DNA of 64,000 bases from Hypanus sabinus (Eukaryota): NCBI RefSeq assembly GCF_030144855.1, contig NC_082724.1, forward strand, positions 24,118,001 to 24,182,000, in the 5' to 3' direction. Below are positions 24,701 to 34,143 of the stretch, piece by piece; the stretch's first letter is position 1, and each line of letters opens with the position of its first letter. A program made the position numbers and the translations under genes. The notes beneath the pieces were generated by a model, which saw nothing but the letters and a program-made list of their open reading frames with translations, was not told where the DNA came from and searched no databases.

Positions 24701-26818
24701 AAGAGTTTTACTGGAACAAATTATTGGAATACAACTTTCACATAATCCAACATTATTTTTACTAGGCGATATCGAAGGGATAAAACTGAAATCCAAATTG
24801 AATAAATATCAGAAAGAATTTGCAAAAATTGCATTGGCAGTAGCCAAAAAGGCTATTGCAGTTACTTGGCAATCAGATTCATACTTAAGTATAGATCGTT
24901 GGAAAAATGAAATTTTTAGCTGCATTCCACTTGAAAAAATTACTTATAATTTAAGAGATAAATATGAAATATTTCTGAAAATTTGGCGCCCTTATTTACA
25001 AAAGATAGGATTAAATATATAGGTGCTCCGAAGATAAAATTATTGGTTATCTGGGGAAAGAATTAAATATACATATTAAAACTATTATGAACTCCATGGA
25101 GCATGCGGGGATCTTCCGATATCCAGGCAATCTTTCTTTCTTTCCTCTCTTTTTTTTTCTATAGGGATATGTTAGGGGGGAGGGGTTAAGGGGAGGGGGG
25201 GGAAGGGCTGACAATTTTTTTTTCTTTCTGTAACCTATTTGAAAATTCGTTAAAAATTTTTTTTTAAAAAAGAGTTGAATAAATCTGTGAGGAAGTTTCT
25301 TTGGAAAGGTAAGATGTCAAGAATATCGTTGGAAAAATTGACATGTAAATTTGACTTAGGAGGGTTACAAGTCCCAAATTTTAAGAATTATTATAAAGCA
25401 AATCAACTTAGATTTATTGCATCTTTTTTTGATGAAGATAAACCGGCATGGATTAGAATAGAGTTAGATAAGATAGGAGAAAATATACCAGAAGATTTTA
25501 TATATAAATGGGAATCCAAATGGATACGGGAAAAGAAAGAATCTCTTATACTAAAACATTTGATTGATTTATGGAATAAAATAAATGTGGATGAGATAAA
25601 GAAATTTTTATTAGCAAAGAGAACCCTAATTCAAAATAGACTTATTCCTTTTACAATGGATAACCAACTTTTATATAACTGGTTTCAAAAAGGGATCAGA
25701 TATATAGGTGACTGTTTTGAAGGAGGTATATTGATGTCGTTTGATCAATTAAAGAATAAATATAAAATATCAAATAACACTCTTTTCTGTTATTTTCAAT
25801 TAAAGGCTTATTTAAGAGATAAACTAGGTCAAACAATGTTAATGCCAAAACCTAATGAAATAGAAACTTTAATTCAAAAAGGAAAAATTAAAAAATTTAC
25901 ATCTTGTATGTATAATTTGATTCAAAAACAGACAATTAAACCAGGAATTCATAAGTCAAGACAAAAATGGGAAACTGATTTGAATTTTAAAATTGATGAA
26001 AAAAGTGGTCAAGACTATGCCTTGATAGTATGACAAATACAATAAATATCCTAATTAGATTAGTACAATACAATTTTTTACATCAATTATATATTACACC
26101 ACAAAAAATAAATAGATTAAACCCAAATTTATCTGACCAATGTTTCCGATGTAATCAAGAAATCGGTACTTTTTTTACACTCTACTTGGTCTTGTTTTAA
26201 AATTCAACCTTTTTGGATAAATCTAAGATTTTTACTGGAACAAATTATTGGAATACAACTTCCACATAACCCAATATTATTTTTATTAGGCAATATTGAA
26301 GGGATTATACCAAAACCTAAAGTGAATAAATATCAGAAAAAAAATTTATAAAAATTGCATTGGCAGTAGCCAAAAATGCTATTGCAGTTATTTGGAAATC
26401 AGATTCATACTTAACTATGGACCGTTGGAATAATGAAATATATAGCTGCATTCCACTTGAAAAAATTACTTATAATTTAGGAAATGAATATATTTTTGAA
26501 AATTTGGCACCCTTATCTATAAAATATAGGATTAAATATATAGGTCCTTTGAAGATAAAATTATTTGGGGGGGGGGGAAAGTAAAGATATATACTAAAGT
26601 TATTTTGAACTCCATGGAGCATGTGGGGACCCTCCGATATCCAGGCAATCTTTCTTTCTTTCTTCTTTCTTTTTTTCTTCTTTTTTCTTTTTTTTAGACA
26701 GGGCTGTTAAGCGGGGAAGGGTTAAGGGGAGGGGGAGGGCTATTATTAATTTTCATTACTCTATTATTCTATTCATTCTACGCAATTCTCTTAAAAAATT
26801 AATAAAAAATATAAAAAA
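21783..26818 (+). mobile_element. 5'-truncated L1-clade LINE (outer copy), split by a nested L1
   Basis: ORF2 RT fragments (KSPGEDG, SYRPISLLN, DAEKAFD, RQGCPLSP, LFADD) and C-terminal Cys region. A-rich tail; 15-bp TSD AAACATCCCACCCTG at 21768-21782 and 26819-26833. Confidence 0.93.
23212..25269 (+). mobile_element. Nested L1 with 5' inversion (twin-priming structure)
   Basis: Inverted ORF2 piece 23212-24004 plus direct piece 24001-25269. TSD AAGAGTTGAATAAAT at 23197-23211 and 25270-25284. Confidence 0.92.
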
Positions 26819-27019
26819 AAACATCCCACCCTGCAAAAATTACCCTCCAAAGGTGTATGTAATACTTTGTTTAGTGATTTTGTCTAATCTGTAAACAAAG
26901 TTAGGTGTATGCAGAAAATGTGACATTAAAATATGTACTTATATTACCATGGAGTCGTTTTTTTAAAATTCATATTACAACTTTAAGCAAGTCTACAGGG
27001 AGTTTGGCCTCATTACATA

Positions 27020-27409
27020 GGACATCAATAGAGTAGCTCCTTAGCAGCTAGCCAGCTAGTTTAAATATCATTAACTATGCTAATGAATGAATGACACCTG
27101 TTAAACTCCCCTCAACGTGTCTCTTACATTTTAACTCACCATGGGCAATAGAAAAATCACTGTTGCAAACAGTGCAGCGAGCAACACTGTCATTATTTTT
27201 GAGGTCGACTGTAACGCCCGCCCACAGAGAAAACTGATAGGTCTACTTAGCATGAAGAGAGACCAATCAGGATTATTTCTGTCTCCCTCTCTCCTCCCCT
27301 CCCCCAACCCACCCCCAATAATGGTTTTCCGGGATATTGAGTATAATTTGCGGCCGTCAGGGAGCCGCAATCAATATGCGGGAGACTTCCGGGAGAGGTG
27401 GCATGTCTG
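27020..27409. mobile_element. One end of a putative non-autonomous DNA transposon (hAT-like)
   Basis: Ends in gggagacttccgggagaggtggcatgtctg, similar to fish elements with CATACTTGCCAAC/TCCCG subterminal repeats. Opposite end not found. Confidence 0.4.
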
Positions 27410-27439
27410 ATTTTATTTCGCGGTACAATGATGCACGTA

Positions 27440-27903
27440 ACCTAGCAACCCCCGTCAAATCTGACTAACCCTAACCTAGTCACGGGACAATTAACCCACC
27501 CAGTACGTCTCTAGATTCTGCGAGGAAGCTACAAGCCTCAAAGGAAACCCCTGCATTCCACCGTGAGGACGTACGGAGATTTTAGAAACATAAAAAATAG
27601 GTGCAGGAGTAGGCCATTCGGCCCTTCGAGCCTGCACCGCCATTCAGTATGATCATGGCTGATCATCCAACTCAGAACCCTGTATCTGCTTTCTCTCCAT
27701 ACCCCCCCCCCCGATCCCTTTAGCCACAAGGGCCATATCTAACTTCCTCTTAAATATAGCCAATGAACTGGCCTCAAATGTTTCCTGTGGCAGAGAATTC
27801 CAGATTCACCACTTTTTTTTAAACCGGCGCCAGAACTGAACTCCAAACTCCAGAGCCGCCGGGCTGTAATAAGCTCACGTTAACCGCTATCCTTCCGTGG
27901 TGT
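27440..27903 (-). mobile_element. V-SINE interrupted by a CR1 3' end
   Basis: Similar to the 3440-3678 SINE on both sides of a CR1 fragment at 27583-27813. Confidence 0.65.
27583..27813 (-). mobile_element. Short 3'-terminal copy of a young CR1
   Basis: Near-identical to 51435-51663, including the tagaaacata terminal microsatellite. Confidence 0.85.
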
Positions 27904-27959
27904 TTAGTAATATCACACGCAGTTCTTCATACTTAATAATAGAAAACAAAAGGATTTTC

Positions 27960-30253
27960 TGAATTGAGCTTTGTCCGCATTGTCCTAAGTGACTTTAAAC
28001 TGATTCAATTTCTGAAGCGTTCAATAACTCAATCTTTGGAGGTTTATTTTGGTTCCTCGCCGTCGACGCATAATGTGAAATCGCATAATGCGAATTATTT
28101 AAATTTCCAGAGGGAAATTTCCATATTATTTAAATATGTTTTAACTGTAATTTATTCACATTTTCATACCAATACGACACAGAAACAAAATTATATTTCA
28201 TCAATTTAAGGTAATATTCAACGTAGTAAATCATAGCAAGTTAACATACTAGGGTGTGCGGTACTCACCAACAGTGGCAGTGGAGATGCGTGATTGTCGG
28301 TCGTCAGGGTCATCAAGGGGTGAAGGAAGACTCACAGAACTCCTAGAACTGCCGGCAGCAGATGACACCGGTTTGAAGAAAGTGGTGAGGGTTGTTTGCT
28401 TGGCAGCATTTTGTTTCTCAGCATAAATTTGTTTGTAGGGAAGAAGGGTTGACTGCAGGGAACGACTGAAATGCTGACTCCGTTCTAAACTTGGGTCCAT
28501 GTCCATCGCCATTTGTGCCAAGTGTTCCGCAGCCTTAAAAAATTCTCCCAGTTGCTTCACCGTAAAATCCTTCACCTGCAACTCAACACTTTCTTCTTCA
28601 TCGTTATCACCTTCAGTCTGAGTTAAACGCAGGTCATCCACACTTAATTCTTCATCATGAGAATCCAGGAGTTCTAACACGTCAGCAGTCTTGAGATCTG
28701 AGAATCCTTCGCCACCAATTTTAAGGCCCAGGGCCACACAATCCTGGACAGCTGCAGTGAAGGCAGGAAACCCCTTGAGGGTGTGCACACCCTCCGCCCA
28801 AACTGATTTCCACGCTCCACTGAGAGTGGAAGGCTTGACCTCTCTCCAGGATTCATCAATATTGTTGATGGCATGTCTGATGTTCAAGGATTTCCACCAT
28901 TCCCTCACCGTTGGTAACCTCCCGGGTTTTTCAAAACCGTCTGTTGCTTGTAGCATCTGAGAGAAGGTTCGGCGTAAAAAATACGCCTTGAATGTGGGTA
29001 TCACACCTTGGTCGAGTGGTTGAATCAGCGATGTTGTGTTAGGCGGCAGGAAACGCACTGTTATGTTAGGATGAATGCTGTCCAAATGCTTAGGATGGGC
29101 TGGTGCATTGTCAAGCAACAAAAGAACTTTAAAGGCAAGATTCTGTTCCCGGCAGTAGCGTTCAGCCTCCACAGCAAAATGATTAGCAAACCAATCTTCA
29201 AAGATTTGACCAGTGACCCATGCTTTCTTGTTAGCTGCCCAGTGGACAGGAAGCATATTCTTACTCAATCCCTGAAGAGCAGGGGGGTTCAGTGAATGGT
29301 AAACTACAAGAGGCTTCATCTTACAGTCTCCTTCGGCATTGGAACACATAAGCAGAGTCAATCTATCCTGTGCTGCCTTGAAACCTGACACAGTCATTTC
29401 ATCCTTACTTATGTAAGTGCGTTTCGGCATACGCTTCCAAAAAAGCCCGGTCTCGTCTGCATTAAACACCTGCTTCGGTGTGATGCCTAACTCAGCTATC
29501 ATAGCCCGCAACTGCTCAGGGTAGCGTCCAACAGCTTCGTGGTCATCATTAGCCTGCTCACCACGCACTGCTAAGTTGTGAAGCTTGTGACGATTAACAA
29601 ACTTAGAAAACCACCCCCTACTTGCATTAAAGCTAACAATATCACCTGACACTTCCTCACTAGCCTCTGAACAAAGGCGCCCATAAATTTCCAAAGCTTT
29701 CACACGAAGATGATCGAAACTGAGCGTCGTTTTCGTCTTTGTCTCACGCTCAATGTACAAACTCAACATTTTCTCCATTTTTGTCATAATCGGGTTGCGC
29801 ACTTTGGTAACAATCTTTGAAGACACCTGTGATGAATCAACCACTGCACTTTTTATTTTCTCGGCGTTTTTCTTTATGTTTCTGATCGTGGACTCACCCA
29901 GGCCGAAGTGGCGTCCCAGAGCTGTGTTACCCTCACCCGCCTCGGCCCTGTTAACAATTTCCAACTTTTTTTCAAGTGTTAAAGCGGTTCTCTGCCGCTT
30001 GGCTGATGGCCCAGGACTTGACATCGGGCGCTTTGGAGGCATGGTTAAATACTTCAAGCACAAAGTCAGTGCGCCGGAGGTAAGGACAGCAGAAGCGTAC
30101 GAGATCCACACGCCGGCCGCCAAAACCACGGAGGGACTGCCGGAAGTGAGACCGTGAGGCGTGCACACGTGACTCGCATTGGCGGGAAAGCGGGGCGTCC
30201 CGCGAAACCGTGAATCCGCATTGTCTGAGGACGCACAGAACGAGGGTAGGGTG
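27960..30253 (-). mobile_element. Tigger-like DNA transposon body
   Basis: Transposase ORF plus subterminal cgcattg/cgcataatg motifs. Candidate 5' terminus ...aacgagggtagggtg at about 30253; the matching 3' TIR was not found. Confidence 0.65.
28249..30042 (-). CDS. Tigger/pogo-family transposase (TIGD1-like), intact 597-aa ORF
   Basis: ATG at 30042 (MPPKRP..). CENP-B-type HTH (LTLEKKLEIV; FNASRGWF..F..RH). Catalytic triad FNADETG / LLDNAPAH / QPLDQG with 32 residues between D2 and D3. Ends in KQTTLTTFF. No stops or frameshifts. Confidence 0.93.
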   Translation of the reverse strand: MPPKRPMSSPGPSAKRQRTALTLEKKLEIVNRAEAGEGNTALGRHFGLGESTIRNIKKNAEKIKSAVVDSSQVSSKIVTKVRNPIMTKMEKMLSLYIERETKTKTTLSFDHLRVKALEIYGRLCSEASEEVSGDIVSFNASRGWFSKFVNRHKLHNLAVRGEQANDDHEAVGRYPEQLRAMIAELGITPKQVFNADETGLFWKRMPKRTYISKDEMTVSGFKAAQDRLTLLMCSNAEGDCKMKPLVVYHSLNPPALQGLSKNMLPVHWAANKKAWVTGQIFEDWFANHFAVEAERYCREQNLAFKVLLLLDNAPAHPKHLDSIHPNITVRFLPPNTTSLIQPLDQGVIPTFKAYFLRRTFSQMLQATDGFEKPGRLPTVREWWKSLNIRHAINNIDESWREVKPSTLSGAWKSVWAEGVHTLKGFPAFTAAVQDCVALGLKIGGEGFSDLKTADVLELLDSHDEELSVDDLRLTQTEGDNDEEESVELQVKDFTVKQLGEFFKAAEHLAQMAMDMDPSLERSQHFSRSLQSTLLPYKQIYAEKQNAAKQTTLTTFFKPVSSAAGSSRSSVSLPSPLDDPDDRQSRISTATVGEYRTP

Positions 30254-30689
30254 GCATTTTAAAGTATAATTTGCCTCCATTATTTTAACTTTCCACAAGC
30301 AGTTTTATGTTCTTCAGTATAGCAACTTTTATTTCTATAACTCAGGATGCATGTAAATGCAGATTGGATGAACTGAAAATAAAACAAGAAAATTCTAACA
30401 TTAAACACTTTTCAAATGAATTTACAGGTCACATACTTATGGAGATATAGCAAGTACTTTTGTTTTATACTTAATTGAAGCATTAACTTATTGCCAAAAT
30501 TGCAAAAACGTGATAGTGTGTATTCACCATGAATTCTACAAATTTGAATTTAGTTTACATTAATACAACATTGCTTCCTTCAGTAAAAGAATAAGCTAAG
30601 CACTTTGAGGACAATATTTAGGTAGGGAATCACACCATACCTTAAGAATCCTAGATAAGGAAGGAGTACCTCACTCACTTGCAGATTTA

Positions 30690-31510
30690 TTTCTTTAGCC
30701 TATTGAGAATCTTGTTCCTTCCGAGGCAGGAGTGTCGTGCCAGCAGCACAGACAGGAAGTGTGAGAAAGGAAGGGGTATCAACTGTTTATGTAAACATAG
30801 AAATGACCTTGGGTCGGTATACAGTATTGCCTCTTGGCTGCCAGGATTTAGGATATCACTGCAAAGTATGCTGAAAGGGGGAGAGTGAAGAAGCAGAAGA
30901 CGTGCTTCACAATTGCAAGTGAAGGGATGGAGTCCTGAAAGGTTTAGTGAGCAAAGACAGATTTTAAAAAGTAGAACTACAAAGGTGGCATTCCCAGAAT
31001 AACCCCCAGTGCCATGATTTTAACAACCCAGAGATAGGAGGATAAAGAGTATGTGACTGTAGAGACAGTACAGGAAGGAGCACTTCAGGGTTTTGAAATG
31101 TTGGGACTGTGTGGCTGGTGGACCTTATATAAGTTAGCTAGGTATCCTTGTAGGGGCTTAGTTACTCTTTTTTTGGGAGAGTTTAAAGTAGCCTAGTACG
31201 CATTGAGAACTGAGAGCTGGTTTAGAGGAGAAAGAAACAAAACTGGAAGTGGAAGTTACAAGTAAATAAAAGTACAAGTACAAGCAAAATAAATATGTGG
31301 TAGAAAGAAAACTAACTTGCAGTGACAGTAGGTGTATGGAAATTGTTAACAAGCTAAATTTAATGGCAGTATATTCAAAAGCACATTGCTTCTGCAACAA
31401 AATGGATGAATCAGTGACACAGAGAGCTGCAATTGGGTGTGATCTAATTGTCATTGCAGAAACATGGCTGCAGCGTGATTATGCAAAGGAAATAATTTTT
31501 TACTAATCCA
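30690..31510 (+). mobile_element. Old CR1 ORF1/endonuclease remnant
   Basis: Degenerate ORF1 esterase-like stretch near 30820-30910; DLIVIAETWL endonuclease motif in ORF 31297-31506. Confidence 0.55.
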
Positions 31511-31647
31511 CAGGGAGTAGATAAATGGAGCCAAAGGACTTTTGGTAGCAGGAGCATCAGGCAAGTCGGAAGGCAGAGAATGCCTCACCACAATTTTATA
31601 TAGTGTTGTTGGAATGACAGTAAGATTTTAAGTACAATTTTTGTCAA

Positions 31648-32101
31648 CAGTAGATTCCCAGTTAACCTGAACACTTTAGGACCAGTACATTTTCCCCAAT
31701 TATCTGAAGTTTTAGGGAAATAAAAAAGACAAACTACCATTCAACTGAGTAACAAATTATGTATTTAAATGAAATAGTTTTCGAGTGAGGAATTCATCCA
31801 GCGTAGGCTGCTGTGTATGGAGTATCCAGAAAGGAGTGGCACCTCTGATGAAGGGGCCTGTTGTGTCCATTCACCCACCTTTGGTCCCCACTGGACACTC
31901 AGCTCTCAGCTGTGGTGAACTAGGTGGATGAGATCTAAAAGTCAAGGAGGTACTTCTGTAACGCTTCATGGAGAGCGAAAGGCATAAGACACAGTATAGG
32001 AAATCCCCACTGTTTTCTCAATTAGGTTTTGTTCCTTAAGAATTGTCCCAAATAAATGGCTAGCCAATTCACAGATGGATCAATTAACCAGAAGCCACTG
32101 T
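31648..32101. mobile_element. Tigger/pogo-type MITE
   Basis: Imperfect TIRs cagtagattcccagttaa ... ttaaccagaagccactg followed by TA. Confidence 0.5.
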
Positions 32102-32469
32102 ACTTGCAAAGAGAGGGTGTGCAGTGAAACTCCACTGGTTCCTGAGATGGGAGATTTGTCATATGAGGGGGGAATTGAACAGGCCAGGCCTCTCCTCTCT
32201 GGAGCTGAAAAAGAATGAGAGGTGGCACATAGTATTATGGATCAGCAAGCTGATCTACTCGCAGTTCAACTCACGATCTTTTAAAATTTTATCTGTCTTC
32301 ACTTCAGATACTTCTAATGATATAGTTACACCAAAGAGTACAGAATTCATGAGATTATCAGAATCAGGTTTAATATCACCAGCATATGTTGTGAAATTTG
32401 TTAACCTTGCAGCACCAGTACAATGCAATACATGATAATATAGAGAAAAAAATGAATTATCATGAAGTG

Positions 32470-32477
<8 letters not shown>

Positions 32478-32506
<29 letters not shown>
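32478..32506. repeat. (GT)n microsatellite in a Rex1-like 3' end (about 32360-32640)
   Basis: Direct reading of the sequence. Confidence 0.9.
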
Positions 32507-32515
<9 letters not shown>

Positions 32516-32759
32516 GTGTTACATTAAATAACTAGTACAAAAATAGAAATAAAAATAATGAGATAGTGTTCATGGGTTCAATGTCCATTCAGAAATTGAA
32601 TGGCCGAGGGGGAGAAGCTGTTCCTGAATCGTTGAGTGCGTCTTGTTTTAAATAACTGGTCCCTTATTCATGCCCCTTCGGCCAGACTTTCTCACTAATA
32701 ATGATCACATGATAATATCTACTCAGGCATTCTTCTGAATTCCAAAGGACTCTCTGGAC

Positions 32760-33980
32760 AACCGGCAGAGTGGGGAGAGGGGAGCCAGCGGCGTCGCCCA
32801 GCCCCAGGAAGCTCCGGCTGTGCTGTGCCGCCCCTTCGCAGTGGGGCTGCGCGTCGCCGGCTGCCGCTTCCATTGAACCGCGCAGTTTATTTGCCGCCGG
32901 GCCGGGCGCCGTGGACTTTCCCTCCGCGGCCTGGGAGAAGAGCGGGGCCGGCTCATTCATGCCCGCTCTCCTGGGCGGCATCCTTCGCCTACTGCAGCGT
33001 TCGTGCTCGGCGGCCTGCTGGGCGCCGGGTCCAGGGATGCAGATGGCCGTGGTCCGCTGCGTCCCGGGCGAGGCTAAAATGACCATCTCGTTCGAGCTGG
33101 ACGGCGGGCACCGGCGGCTGGAGCGGGAGCAGAGCGAGTGCCTGCGGGCCGCGCTGGCTCGCATCGCGCACAACGTGCTGAAGGCGCAAACCAAGCCCAG
33201 GAAAGGGCGGAAGGCGGCCGAGCAGGCCCAGGCCCAGGCCCAGGCCGCGGCCCCAGATGTGGGCCTGTACCTGGAAGAGCAGGCCGTGCCCGGCGACACC
33301 AGGAACGCCGACGCCTGGCAGGACGGCGCGGAGCTGCGTGTGGGGGAAGCGCGGTACCAGGTGCAGCGAAACCCGCCGACGCTGACCCGCCTCGAGTTAC
33401 CCGCTTCGATCCTGGCCGGCTTCCCGGTCTGCCCGCAGGTCCGGATCGAGTTCGGCGAGCCGGCCAGCTCGCACTTCGAGTGGCTGAGGGAGGCCGCGGG
33501 CACCTGGGAGCCGGCGGCGAGCGGCAGAGTCTTCACCCCCGGCCACGGCCTCGTCGGCTCCAGGCTGAAGCTGCGCTGCTGCCCGGGCGACGGCAGCCGG
33601 TTCGGGCCGGCGGCCGAGCTGCAGAGCGCGGGCGCCGTGGAGGCCGGCCCGGGGGTCTGCACCTTCGACAGCCGCCACTCGTTCACTCGCCAGGCGGTGG
33701 CCGGAACGCTGCTCCGGGTGGTTTCCTACAACATCCTGGCCGATGTGTACGCGCAGACCGAGCTGTCCAAAACCACCCTGTACCCCTACTGCGCGCCGTA
33801 CGCCCTCCACGCCGACTACCGGCAGAACCTGATCAAGAAGGAGCTCAGCGGCTACCACGCCGACATCCTCTGCCTGCAGGAGGTGGACAAGCACCTCTTC
33901 CACGACAGCCTGTCGCCTGCCCTGGACGCTTTCGGCTTTCACGGCCTGTTTCGGATCAAGGAGAAGCAGCACGAAGGTCT
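32760..33980 (+). promoter_or_regulatory. CpG island covering the PDE12 promoter and exon 1
   Basis: Abrupt very high GC and CpG density against an AT-rich background. Confidence 0.85.
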
Positions 33981-34143
33981 CGCTACTTTCTTCAGAGCCT
34001 CCAAGTACCGACTACTAAGCCAGCATGATGTGACCTTCAGTGAGGCTCTGGCTTCGGATCCCTTGCACGCCGATGTTCTGCAAAAGATTTCTGCAAACCC
34101 CTCTGTCAAAGAGAAGGTGCTGCAAAGATCAACCGCCTTACAG
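32959..34143 (+). CDS. PDE12: 2',5'-phosphodiesterase 12 exon 1
   Basis: MPALLGG..AVVRCVPGE..NPP....LELP.SILAGFPVCP..CTFD.RH.FT..RVVSYNILADVY..LYPYCAPYAL..DYRQNLIKKELSGY.ADI.CLQEVD (EEP/CCR4-type nuclease). Donor CAG|gtacta. Confidence 0.96.

Noticed and set aside
21750-26584. L1 ORF2 fragments as functional genes, or the doubled L1 as an assembly duplication
   Set aside because: The ORFs are 5'-truncated and frameshifted. The two copies differ at many sites and each has its own TSD, so they are separate insertions.
30043-30168. 42-aa extension upstream of the transposase ATG
   Set aside because: Starts at GTG in the element's 5' non-coding region; MPPKR at 30042 is the family-typical start.
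32770-32958. GTG-started 63-aa N-terminal extension of PDE12 in the ORF track
   Set aside because: Stop-poor CpG-island promoter/5'UTR sequence; the first ATG at 32959 gives a plausible presequence.
32664-34028. Long alternative-frame and antisense ORFs over PDE12 exon 1 (340, 296 and 191 aa)
   Set aside because: Expected by-product of very high GC content and codon bias; no recognisable motifs.
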